A stretch of DNA of 64,000 nucleotides from an uncultured bacterium (GTDB taxonomy: Bacteria > Armatimonadota > UBA5829): contig CAZBSI010000001.1 of the NCBI GenBank assembly GCA_964494345.1, positions 85,660 to 149,659 on the forward strand, written 5' to 3'. The first letter of the stretch is position 1, and each line of letters begins with the position of its first letter. The notes below the pieces were generated by a model. It searched no databases and had not been told where the DNA came from. It saw only the letters and a list, made by a program, of their open reading frames with translations. Of this stretch, positions 28,892 through 39,200 are shown one piece after another. Both the position numbers and the translations under genes were made by a program.

Positions 28892-30844
28892 ATGGGCATT
28901 TCACTTAAAGGTCTTAGCATCGGCATTATCGCCAGCATACTCGTCTGCCTGGTGGTTTCTTATGCGGAACTGGTAGTAAAGTATATTCAGATCGGGTTTC
29001 TGCAACTGCCTCCTGTAGTAGTAGGACTTTTCTGTTTTATTCTTCTGGTTACCGCACTAACAAAGCGCACGAAGGCGCGTTTCAGTCTCACCCCACAGGA
29101 GTTGCTCACTGTTTATTGCATGATGTTGCTTTCGTCGATGATCAGCTCGCGGGGGTGTTTGGAGAAGATTCTGCCGCTGCTGGTAACGCTGCCTTATTTT
29201 GCAAATCAAAGCAACGATTGGACGACCTACTTTTTCCCTCATATCAAAAAGTGGATGGTACCGTTCGATACTACGCAGACCGACCCGAATACTCCGCAGT
29301 TTGTCGCCCAGCGCTTCTTTGAGGGTCTGCGCAGCGGGGAGACCATACCGTGGCATCAGTGGATAGGGCCCCTGGTCTGGTGGGGTTTGCTGGCGCTGTT
29401 GATATTCGGCGCGTTTTTGTGCCTGGCTTCCATCTTGCGCAGGCAATGGGTCGATAACGAGAAGCTCAGTTTTCCGCTCGCGCAGCTTCCGTTGGAGATG
29501 GTCAGCGGGGACTCACGAGGACAGGGTTTCTGGCGAAACTCGCTGACGTGGCTGGGGTTTTCGATTCCGGCAATCGTCTTTACAATCAACGGTCTACATG
29601 GCTGGTATCCATCTATTCCGCTGATAAATCTCGGCGTTTCGCTCGGTCAGTATCTTATCGATCCGCCGTGGGACTGCGTCGGTTTTCTAACGATGTATAT
29701 CAGCTTTGCGGCGATTGGTTTCTTCTTTTTGCTGCCGACTGAGATATTATTTTCGCTGTGGTTTTTTCACATCTTTGCAATAGTGCAGACGGTTATATTC
29801 AACTCGTACGGTATGGAAATGCCCGGTATGCCGTTATATGGCGGAAAGATGTTTATCGGCTACCAGCAGATCGGCGCATATTTTGTGCTGTCGGCTTATT
29901 TGATATACGTCGCCTGGCCGCATCTCAAGCAGGTTTGGAGATCGGCCTGGGGGTTACAGAAAGTCGACGATTCTAACGAGCTTCTGCCGTATAGAACTGC
30001 TATGTTCGGTTTGTTCTTCTGCGTGATGGGCGCCACGTTCTGGTTTGCGGCCGCTGGAATGAACCCCTGGCTTGCGTTATTCGAATTAGGGGTTTACATA
30101 TTCGTGATCGCCTTGATTATGGCCAGAAGCACGGCCGAAGGCGGTTTGCTGATGACTGAAACCTCGTTCAGGGCTGTCGATGTCTACCGAATATTTGCCC
30201 CAACCCACACTCTGGGCGCGGCTAATATGACTGTGCTTGGCTTTATGGATGCGGCCTGGTTCAGGGACCTGCGCGGTCTGGTGTTGACGGGGTTTATGGA
30301 CGGCTTAAAAATAGCCGACGGCGCGAAGATCCGCCGCAGGTCGTTTTTACCGGTGTTCGCTATAGCCATTCTTATCGCGATGATAATCGGCGGTTTCTTC
30401 CAGATTTACCTGCCATATTCGCAGGGCGGCGTCAATTTATACGGCTATCCTTATAGGGACAACAACCTGCGCGCGTTTAACGACTACACCCCTGCGATGA
30501 GAGGGCCAGTATCTACGATCGGCTGGCAGGCGCCAGTGTTCTTTGGGGTAGGCATTGTCTTTACGGCGCTGCTGTCGTATATGAGATATTGTTTCTTCTG
30601 GTGGCCTCTGCACCCGTTGGGCTATGCTTTATGTTATTCGTGGACAATAATGGTCTTCTGGTTCGCCTGTTTTGTGGCGTGGATCATTAAGATCACGCTA
30701 ATGAGATACGGTGGCATGAAACTCTACTTACGCGCTCGTCCGTTTATGCTGGGTATGATTATGGGCGAGTTCTCAATGGCGCTGGTATGGGCGTTGATAG
30801 CCTGGGCATTTGATGTGCCAGCTCCGTTCTTCCCCTGGCCATAA
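28892..30844 (+). CDS. Polytopic integral membrane protein of 650 aa and unknown function, closing the LPS cluster.
   Basis: At least 14 predicted hydrophobic helices. A clean RBS and start are present, and a strong terminator follows. Nothing supports a more specific family call. Confidence 0.6.
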   Translation: MGISLKGLSIGIIASILVCLVVSYAELVVKYIQIGFLQLPPVVVGLFCFILLVTALTKRTKARFSLTPQELLTVYCMMLLSSMISSRGCLEKILPLLVTLPYFANQSNDWTTYFFPHIKKWMVPFDTTQTDPNTPQFVAQRFFEGLRSGETIPWHQWIGPLVWWGLLALLIFGAFLCLASILRRQWVDNEKLSFPLAQLPLEMVSGDSRGQGFWRNSLTWLGFSIPAIVFTINGLHGWYPSIPLINLGVSLGQYLIDPPWDCVGFLTMYISFAAIGFFFLLPTEILFSLWFFHIFAIVQTVIFNSYGMEMPGMPLYGGKMFIGYQQIGAYFVLSAYLIYVAWPHLKQVWRSAWGLQKVDDSNELLPYRTAMFGLFFCVMGATFWFAAAGMNPWLALFELGVYIFVIALIMARSTAEGGLLMTETSFRAVDVYRIFAPTHTLGAANMTVLGFMDAAWFRDLRGLVLTGFMDGLKIADGAKIRRRSFLPVFAIAILIAMIIGGFFQIYLPYSQGGVNLYGYPYRDNNLRAFNDYTPAMRGPVSTIGWQAPVFFGVGIVFTALLSYMRYCFFWWPLHPLGYALCYSWTIMVFWFACFVAWIIKITLMRYGGMKLYLRARPFMLGMIMGEFSMALVWALIAWAFDVPAPFFPWP

Positions 30845-30863
30845 AAACCAACTGAAAGTCTTC

Positions 30864-30912
30864 AGACCTCGATTAGCCGATGCAATCTTATCGGCTATCG
30901 AGGTCTTTTTGG
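30864..30912 (+). terminator. Strong rho-independent terminator ending the LPS supercluster.
   Basis: A nested hairpin AGACCTCGATTAGCCGAT-GCAATCTT-ATCGGCTATCGAGGTCT is followed by TTTTTGGG. Confidence 0.65.
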
Positions 30913-31023
30913 GCCTGTCGTCAGCCGAAACAATACAATGACCAAATAGTCATCTAATCAACAATTAAAACCCTTAAGATATCCAGTTGCTATAATAATC
31001 AATGCCTAAATTGTCTCGCAGGC

Positions 31024-31052
31024 TTGACAAGCATGATTATGTGAGCTATAAT
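31024..31052 (+). promoter_or_regulatory. Consensus sigma70 promoter of cspA (TTGACA, 17-nt spacer, TATAAT) with a leader of about 55 nt.
   Basis: TTGACA at 31024-31029 and TATAAT at 31047-31052. A GGGAG RBS precedes the ATG at 31115. Confidence 0.6.
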
Positions 31053-31114
31053 TCACAGAAGTGGTCAGGAATAATAGTTGTTAATTCCTGGCTGATTATC
31101 AGGGAGTAGGCAGT

Positions 31115-31339
31115 ATGTTAAAAGGTAAAGTGAAATGGTTTAACGACGCTAAAGGCTATGGGTTTATTCGGTTGGATGACGAAAGCAGTGGAACGAAAGA
31201 CATTTTCGTACACTACACCGAGATAGCCAAACAAGGTTTCAAATCGCTGCAGGAAGGTCAACCGGTCAACTTCGAACTCGCAGAGACTCCGAAAGGTCTG
31301 CAGGCTCGCAACGTTGCGCCGTCTGACGGCAACGCCTGA
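31115..31339 (+). CDS. cspA: Cold-shock protein (CspA family).
   Basis: [22 protein letters not shown]...IFVHYTEI carries the RNP1 and RNP2 motifs of a cold-shock domain. Confidence 0.95.
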   Translation: MLKGKVKWFNDAKGYGFIRLDDESSGTKDIFVHYTEIAKQGFKSLQEGQPVNFELAETPKGLQARNVAPSDGNA

Positions 31340-31537
31340 CACACACGCTCGCAGACCGCAAGCCCGTGTGGCCCGCTGGGTATCCTCCTCCCGAATGCGG
31401 GCTGTTCCGTCACTGTCAATTATTGTCAGTAACACCTCACGATACACCGTAACGATGCCGCTCACTTGACATACGGCTCAGCTTCAGCCATACTTTCTTC
31501 GTACTCACCATTACCCCAATATTAAGGAGAACCAGAC

Positions 31538-34500
31538 TTGCGCCTGTTATTGCTATTTGTTTGCATTCTGCTGACCGCACTCCCCGCATTTGCGTCACAA
31601 CCGACTCATTTGCTCACCGAATATCTCACTAATCCTTTAGGGATAGATTCATCGAAACCCGCCTTCTCATGGCGCGTGAATGAATCAACACAGTCGGCCT
31701 ATCAAATCCAGGTCGCAACCAGCGAGAAACTCATGGGCAAGGCCAATATGTGGGACAGCGGCAAAGTCGCATCGAATCAGGCGACAGCAGTTTATTATGC
31801 CGGCAAGCCGCTCAGCAGCCGAACCAGCTACTTCTGGAGAGTTCGCACCTGGGACAAATCCGGCAAACCGAGCCAGTATAGCCAGCCCGCCTACTTCGAA
31901 ACCGCACTATTTAATAGCAACGATTGGACGGCGAATTGGGTCAGTGTGCCCAGCTCAGGTGGAAACGGTTATCACTCTCAATTCGGCAGCGACGAAAATG
32001 ATTCGAAATGGGTACAGATCGACCTCGGCAAGCCAACAACCTTCTCCAAAATAGTTCTCTATCCCGCCCGCCCATACAACTTCCAGCGCGACGAGCCGGG
32101 TTTCGGGTTTCCTGTAAGATATAAGATAGAAGCCTCAAACGATCCGAACTATGCTGCTGGAAATATCATCGCCTCCATAGACCGCACCGGCTCCGACCAA
32201 CCGCGGCCGGGTGTTAATCCGGTGGAGTTGTCCACACAGCCCATCACTGCGCGTTATCTGCGCATCACTTCTATAAAATTGCATCATCCCGAAGGCACCA
32301 AGCCTGTGTTTGCACTGGCCGAAGCCGAGGTTTTGGATGCTAACGGCGATAATCTGGCCTATCGCGCCGGCGTCACGGCCAAGGACAGCATAGAGGGTCA
32401 CGATTGGTCGGCCAGGCAGCTCACGGACGGCGACCAAATCTCCCACGCCCCCAACCGCTCCGGCCCCATCGCTCGCCGCGAGTTCAATGCAAAGGGCAAA
32501 ATCACACGCGCACGAGCTTATGTGACCGGCCTTGGTTACTACGAATTATTTATCAACGGTCATAAAATCGGCGACAGGGTGCTCGACCCTGCCCGCACAG
32601 AATACTCAAAGCGAATCGATTATAGCGTTTATGACATAACCAACAATCTCACTGAGGGCCGTAACTGCGCCGGAATAATGCTGGGCAACGGCTGGTGGAA
32701 CGAATCCCCTAGATTTTTGCTGCAAATGGAGCTTCTATATGCCGATGGGTCGAAGCAGACAATTATTTCCGATGGCTCCTGGAAATATTCGTATGGCCCT
32801 GTTTTAGAAAATACGCTCTATCATGGCGAGACTTACGATGCCCGGCGGCAGTTGCGCGGGTGGGATAAATCCGGCTTTGATGACGCTAAATGGTCACCTG
32901 TCGAGCTTGTCGATATGTCCGATAGAACCCTGACAGCTCAGACAATTCAGCCTATTCAGGTTGTTGAAACCATCCAACCAAAAACGATCACCTCTCCCAA
33001 ACCCGGCGTATACGTGGTAGATTTCGGCCAGAATTTCTCAGGCTGGTGTCGAATCAGCGTCGGCGCGCCTGTCGGCACCAAAATCACCCTCAAACACGCC
33101 GAGCTTATCTATCCCGACGGCACTGTAAATCAGGAGAACCTGCGCAGTGCCCGTGCTACTGATGTTTATGTCACGGCCGGAGTCGGTCGCGAGGTTTATG
33201 AGCCGCGGTTTACCTATCACGGGTTCAGATATGTCCAGATCGAAGGCTGGCCAGGGACGCTTACGAAAGATGCTATCCAGGGCCGCCTCGTTTGCACCGC
33301 ACTGGCTCCGGTTGGTGCATTCTCCTGTTCCAACGACTTGATCAACAAGATTCAGAGCTGTTCATTTTGGGGAATGCGCACAAACTACCACTCGATCCCC
33401 ACGGATTGTCCGCAGCGCGACGAGCGGCAGGGCTGGACCGGCGACGCACAGATGACCGCCTCTGCGCTGTATTATAACTTCGACATGGCCCCTGCCTGCG
33501 AGAAGTTTTTGCAGGATATCGCCGATGCACAGGGCGAGGACGGCTCCGTGCCGGATACAGTGCCTAAGGTCTGGGGCGGTCAGAATGGCGACCCGATGTG
33601 GTCGGCGGCGTATCCCGTAATTCTATGGGAGACCTATCTGCACACCGGTGACAAGGGACTTCTGGCAAAACACTATAATGGCATTAAGAAGTTCATCGAC
33701 CACTTGCACAAACAAACAGATGACCTCGTTTTGCATCACAACACCTATGGCGACTGGGTGTCAGTCGAACCGACTCCTAAGGAGTTGATCTCCACCGGCG
33801 GTTTCTGCTGGATGACGGGAATGCTGGCCGATATGGCAGAGGCGCTCGGCAAAACCGAGGATGCTAAAACATACCGCGCCCTGAAATCCTCCATCGCAGC
33901 CGCGTTTAATAAAGCGTTTTACGATCCCAAGACAGGAACCTACGGCAACGGCAGCCAGTTCTCAATAGCCATGCCTCTTGCTCTGGACATCGTGCCGGCG
34001 CAGAATAAGGCCCAGGTTTTAACCAGCTTGGTAGATGCTGTTGAAGTCAAGCACAAAGGCCACCTCAGCACCGGATTTATTGGCACACCATTTTTGCTGG
34101 ATGCGTTGGTAAAGCACGGCCGAGCAGACCTGGCATATAAAATTGTCAGCCAGCCCACCTACCCGGGTTGGGGTTATATGATCGAAAACGACGCCACCAC
34201 TGTGTGGGAGCTGTGGCATCTGGCCACTGGCAATGGGATGAACTCCCACAATCACCCGGCTTTCGGTTTCGTCAGTTCGTGGTTCTATAGAACCCTCGCG
34301 GGCCTCTCCCCTGAAGCAGGCAATGCAGGCTGGGCGCATTTCACGGTCAAACCCTATGTGCTCGGCGATCTGAAATGGGCGAAAGCGTCGATTGACACGG
34401 TTCGAGGCAAGGTGGCTTCGCAGTGGAGCTTAATTGGCGACGGAATCGAACTGAAAATCACCGTCCCAACTGGCAGCACAGCGGAGGTATTTCTGCCTAA

Positions 34501-34633
34501 GCTGGGGAAACAGAATTGCAGGATATACAGCGGCAACGCCCTTGTAAACAAGGGCCAGCTTCGTGACGCGGGGGACTGGGTTAGCCTGGATGCAGGCCCC
34601 GGCAGCCACATCTTTAGACTTACTGGGAATTAA
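31538..34633 (+). CDS. Secreted alpha-L-rhamnosidase (GH78) with an F5/8-type discoidin-like module.
   Basis: A TTG start follows an AAGGAG RBS, and a signal peptide is present. GH78 hallmarks are FTYHGFRYVQIEGWPG, DCPQRDERQGWTGDAQ and a C-terminal (alpha/alpha)6 region. Confidence 0.85.
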   Translation: MRLLLLFVCILLTALPAFASQPTHLLTEYLTNPLGIDSSKPAFSWRVNESTQSAYQIQVATSEKLMGKANMWDSGKVASNQATAVYYAGKPLSSRTSYFWRVRTWDKSGKPSQYSQPAYFETALFNSNDWTANWVSVPSSGGNGYHSQFGSDENDSKWVQIDLGKPTTFSKIVLYPARPYNFQRDEPGFGFPVRYKIEASNDPNYAAGNIIASIDRTGSDQPRPGVNPVELSTQPITARYLRITSIKLHHPEGTKPVFALAEAEVLDANGDNLAYRAGVTAKDSIEGHDWSARQLTDGDQISHAPNRSGPIARREFNAKGKITRARAYVTGLGYYELFINGHKIGDRVLDPARTEYSKRIDYSVYDITNNLTEGRNCAGIMLGNGWWNESPRFLLQMELLYADGSKQTIISDGSWKYSYGPVLENTLYHGETYDARRQLRGWDKSGFDDAKWSPVELVDMSDRTLTAQTIQPIQVVETIQPKTITSPKPGVYVVDFGQNFSGWCRISVGAPVGTKITLKHAELIYPDGTVNQENLRSARATDVYVTAGVGREVYEPRFTYHGFRYVQIEGWPGTLTKDAIQGRLVCTALAPVGAFSCSNDLINKIQSCSFWGMRTNYHSIPTDCPQRDERQGWTGDAQMTASALYYNFDMAPACEKFLQDIADAQGEDGSVPDTVPKVWGGQNGDPMWSAAYPVILWETYLHTGDKGLLAKHYNGIKKFIDHLHKQTDDLVLHHNTYGDWVSVEPTPKELISTGGFCWMTGMLADMAEALGKTEDAKTYRALKSSIAAAFNKAFYDPKTGTYGNGSQFSIAMPLALDIVPAQNKAQVLTSLVDAVEVKHKGHLSTGFIGTPFLLDALVKHGRADLAYKIVSQPTYPGWGYMIENDATTVWELWHLATGNGMNSHNHPAFGFVSSWFYRTLAGLSPEAGNAGWAHFTVKPYVLGDLKWAKASIDTVRGKVASQWSLIGDGIELKITVPTGSTAEVFLPKLGKQNCRIYSGNALVNKGQLRDAGDWVSLDAGPGSHIFRLTGN

Positions 34634-34663
34634 TCTAAACCATCCTATTTCGGGAGTAACCTG

Positions 34664-36205
34664 ATGGGCATTACACTTATTGTTCTTTATGTTTTAGTTA
34701 TGCTGGTCATCGGCTATTGGGCGATGAAAAAGACCCACTCCGTCGGTGATTTCTTTCTCGGCGGGCGAAAGATCGGGCCTTGGATGTCGGCTTTTGCTTA
34801 TGGGACCACCTATTTCTCGGCTGTGCTTTTCATTGGTTATGCGGGCAAGCTGGGGTGGGGGTTCGGCATCCACGCTTTATGGATCGCGGTAGGCAACGCC
34901 ATCGTCGGCACACTGCTGGCCTGGTGGGTGCTGGCTGCGCGAACTCGATCTATGACGGCGAGGTTGAACGTAATGACCATGCCGGATTTTCTCGCAGTCA
35001 GATACGGCTGCAAATCCCTGAAAATCGTCGGCGCGCTTATTGTTTTCCTGTTTCTGGTGCCATATTCGGCGTCCGTATATCAGGGTCTCAGCTTCTTAGT
35101 TGGGGCGTATACGAACATACCCTATGAGTATGTGCTGGGGTTTTTGGCTGCTTTAACAGGCATCTATATCATCATGGGTGGCTATTTCGCCCTCACAATC
35201 ACCGACCTCATTCGCGGCATAGTCGAGTTGGTCGGGGTCTGTGTTATGGTGCTGTTTCTGGTTCATCAGGTAGGAGGATTCGGCAGCGCCACGTCAAAGC
35301 TAATTACCAACCCGGACTTCTCCCCGGCGTTACATCCAAAACCGCTGCCAGCAGGAGCCCCTGTCGCGCCCGGCATACCAATCCCTGGTTGGCTGATGCT
35401 GAGTTCTTTGGTATTACTGACCAGCTTCGGCCCCTGGGGGCTGCCGCAAATGGTGCAGAAGTTCTATTCGATCAAGGGCAAAGAGTATATCAAAAGCACC
35501 ATAATAGTCTGCACGATATTCTCGTTACTAATGGCTTTTGGCGCATACTACACCGGCGCGTTGACCCATATCTTTGCAGTTGACGACGGTCGTTTGGTCG
35601 ATGTAATCAAGGCAAAAGACCTCGGAATCGACGCTCTGATGCCGAAGTTTCTCACCTGGCACACTCCGCCGGCTATCGGTTTGGTCATTTTAATATTAGT
35701 CTTCTCGGCATCCATGTCGAGTCTGAGCTCTCTTGTGCTTGTCTCTGCCTCCGCGATCGCAATGGACTTATATCAGGGGATACTCGAACCGAAGGCATCA
35801 AAACGCTCCGTTATGACTCTTATGCGTGTGTTATGCGGAATATTCGTTGCGGTCTCCGTCTTAATCGCTCTGGGTAAGATCACGTTTATTGTGAACCTTA
35901 TGGCGATGAGCTGGGGCGTGTTGGCGGGTTGTTTTGCCGCTCCGTTCTTCTACGGCCTGTTCTGGCGAGGCACGACCAAAGCCGGCGCCATTGCCGGCGT
36001 AGTCGGCTCGTTGATTGTAAACCTCGTGCTGTGCTGGGTTTTGGGCACGCCTGGAATATCGGCAAGCGACCCTGCAATACCTGTCGCAGGCGCCGCTGCG
36101 ATCGTGGCGCCTTTTATTATCGTCCCGATAGTCAGCCTGATCACCAAACCTCTGCCAAAGGAACTGGTCAGGGCGGCTTTTGTTGACGAAGTAGCAAGCA
36201 AATAA
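34664..36205 (+). CDS. Sodium:solute symporter family (SSF) transporter.
   Basis: About 13 TM helices with the SSF-type arrangement. It lies directly downstream of the rhamnosidase. Confidence 0.8.
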   Translation: MGITLIVLYVLVMLVIGYWAMKKTHSVGDFFLGGRKIGPWMSAFAYGTTYFSAVLFIGYAGKLGWGFGIHALWIAVGNAIVGTLLAWWVLAARTRSMTARLNVMTMPDFLAVRYGCKSLKIVGALIVFLFLVPYSASVYQGLSFLVGAYTNIPYEYVLGFLAALTGIYIIMGGYFALTITDLIRGIVELVGVCVMVLFLVHQVGGFGSATSKLITNPDFSPALHPKPLPAGAPVAPGIPIPGWLMLSSLVLLTSFGPWGLPQMVQKFYSIKGKEYIKSTIIVCTIFSLLMAFGAYYTGALTHIFAVDDGRLVDVIKAKDLGIDALMPKFLTWHTPPAIGLVILILVFSASMSSLSSLVLVSASAIAMDLYQGILEPKASKRSVMTLMRVLCGIFVAVSVLIALGKITFIVNLMAMSWGVLAGCFAAPFFYGLFWRGTTKAGAIAGVVGSLIVNLVLCWVLGTPGISASDPAIPVAGAAAIVAPFIIVPIVSLITKPLPKELVRAAFVDEVASK

Positions 36206-36217
36206 TCGAAGTTAAGG

Positions 36218-36251
36218 CGATGGGTGGCGATGCGATCGAATCGCCACCCAT
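36218..36251. terminator. Bidirectional terminator between the convergent symporter and RND pump genes.
   Basis: A perfect 12-bp inverted repeat ATGGGTGGCGAT-gcgatcga-ATCGCCACCCAT. Confidence 0.5.
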
Positions 36252-36259
36252 TTGCGATG

Positions 36260-39200
36260 TCACGCAGCAGAGACTTTCTTCTTCCGCAGCTTATCCCTGG
36301 CCTGCTCAAGCAGCAGATACGCCGACGGCAGCACCAATAGAGTGAACAGCGTCGAGGTTGCCAGGCCACCGACCAGAACTATAGCCAGCGGTTTCTCTAT
36401 CTCCGCGCCGACTCCTCCGCTCAGCAGAATCGGCACCAATCCCAGCGCAGTAGACGCAACCGTCATCAGTTTCGGCCGCAGCCTTTGCACGCTGGCCAGC
36501 CGAATGGCTTTCTCCCGCGTTTGCCCTTCCGCCATATACTCATTAGTCTGAGTCAGCAGCACCAGACTGTTTTGCACCGCGATACCGAACAGCGCGATAA
36601 ACCCGACCGCTGAGGAAACGTTGATGGTCTCCCCCGTAATCAACAGCCCTGCGACTCCTCCGAAAAATGCCATTGGCACCGTTGCAAGGATAATCCCGGC
36701 ATAGCTCGCCGACCCAAGAGCTATAAACAGCAGCATAAAGACGATCGCCAGAGCGATTATAGTAGCCAATGTCAGCGACTGCATCGCTCTTTGCTGATTT
36801 TGATACTGGCCACCGAAGATCACGAAGTAATCGTCCGGCAATTCGACTTCTTTCAGGCCTTCCTTGATGTCATCGACCACCCCGCCGAGGTCACGGCCCT
36901 GGATGCTGGCGTCTATACTGAACCGCCGGTTCATCGCCTCACGCCAGATCACGTTCGGCCCCTCCGACAGGGTAACCTCAGCCACCTGAGAAAGCGGGAT
37001 CTGTCCGCCCGAAGGGGTGTCGACCAGCAGGTTTTTAATGGACTCAATATCCCCACGCACCTCGTCTGGGAATCGCACGAAGACCCCATAGCTGCGCTGG
37101 TTCTTCCAAACCTGGGTCAACTCCTCACCGCCAATAGCGAGCCTGACTATCTCAGAAACATGTGCCACGGAAATTCCGTAGCGGGCGGCCGCCTGTCGAT
37201 TAATTTCAACTTGCACTTGCGGGATACCCGTAGCCTGATCCATCGTGACGTCCGCCACACCCCTGACTTGTTTCATAATCTCTTCGATCTGCTTACCTTT
37301 TTGCGCAAGCACACCGATATCAGGCCCGAACAGCTTCACCTGCAGCGGGGCAGGGGTGCCCTCCATACTCTCGCTGATCTTATTTTGCAGAGGCTGGGTA
37401 AAAGCAGCCGCCACACCGGGGATGTGTTCTATCTGATGGCGAATATCGGCCAGAATCTGATCCGACGGCTTACTGAGTTGGCCTCGTGGCTTCAGGTTCA
37501 CAAACATCTCACCCGAATTAACAGGCAACACGCACCCAATCGCCCTCTCAGACCTGCCATTTCTGCGCACAACTTCGGCCACATCCGGGTTTTTGACCAG
37601 CAGATCCTCTATCTGACTGGTAATGCGATAGTTCTCCTCAAGCGAAGTCTCTGCCGGAGTAATCGTCGATACAAATAGCGACCCCTCGTCCAGCTTTGGC
37701 ATAAAGTCTCTGCCCACCGCCAGCAGACCAAACGCTGTCGGAATCAACAGTCCAAAGGCGATTATCACCACCGTCCATCTATTGGCAAGCGCATACTCCA
37801 GCGCCGGCACATAGAACTTCTTAATCCACGTCACCAACCGCACCTCGCCTTCCTGTTCACCTTTTGGGTGCAGGAAACGAGATGCAAGAATAGGCGTCAA
37901 CGTCAGTGAAATTGCCAGCGCGGCAAGCATAGCAGCGGCCACCGTAATAGCCAGCGGCCTGAACAGTAGCCCCTCTATACCTCCCATCAAAAACAGCGGC
38001 AAAAACACCGCTACGATGATAAGAGTGGCAAACGCAATCGGCCGTCCCATCTCAATTGCTGCTTTATGCGCGACCTGCTCTTTGATAGTCGAATCGTCGA
38101 TGCTGTCGCGGTTTCTGAAGAACCTGTGATAGATGTTTTCGACCATAATAATCGAAGCATCCACCATAATCCCAACCGCAATCGCCAGACCTCCCAGGGT
38201 CATCGTGTTGAGGCCGATCTTTAGCGCGCGCATCAACATCCCGGCGATCAGCACCGACAACGGCAACGATAGCGCCACTATCAAAGTGCTTCGCAGGTTT
38301 CCCAAGAAGACCAGCAGCACCAGCACCACAAGCACTGCTCCCACTAAAATCGCCTGTGTTACGGAGGACAGCGAATGCTTTATAAGCCGAGTCTGATCAT
38401 AATACGGGACCAATCGGACGCCCTTGGGCAGAGTCGAACGCATGTCCTCCAGCGCCTTTTCGATTCCCCCAACAACCTTCATCGTGTCGGCATCCGGCTG
38501 TTTTATAACCAGCGCGACTACGGTCTCCTTGCCGTCTTTGCTGGCGATACCCCTGCGAATTGCAGTCCCCTCCTGCACATCCGCGACATCCCGCAAATAA
38601 AGCGGCACCCCGCCAGTCTCAGCTATTACCGTGTCTTTTATATCCTCAACCGAGTCAAATCGCCCGATTCCACGCACTGTGTATTCGGTCGGGCCGGTGC
38701 TTATAAACCCTCCGGCTGCGTTCTCGTTACCGCTCTGAACAGCATCCTCAATATCTGCCAGCCGCACCTTATATGCACGCAGTTTATTGGGGTCTATGGT
38801 CACGCGATACTGCCGCATTCGGCCGCCCATATTCAGCACCTCGGCCACGCCAGGCACTGTCAAAAGATTATAACGCACCTGCCACTCGGCAATCTCTCGC
38901 AATTCAGTGGCAGGCAGATTACCTTCAACGGCAAACTCATAAACCTCGGCAAGTCGAGTCGTAGCGCTGCTGAGGTTGGGCGGCTCCGTGCCTGGCGGAA
39001 GCTGTGATGCCACTTGTGACATTCTCTCGGTAACAAACTGTCTCGCCCGCCAGAACTCAGATTCTATATCGAACTCGACGACCACGGAGGACAGCCCCTG
39101 AGTGGTTTGCGAGCGTATCCTGCGCACACCAGGCAGGCCGTTCATAGCGGCCTCCATCGGCCGGGTGATCATTATTTCGATCTCCTCCGGCGCCATCGAC

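Noticed and set aside
36791-37678. 295-aa plus-strand ORF.
   Set aside because: It is antisense within the RND pump gene, and no motifs are present.
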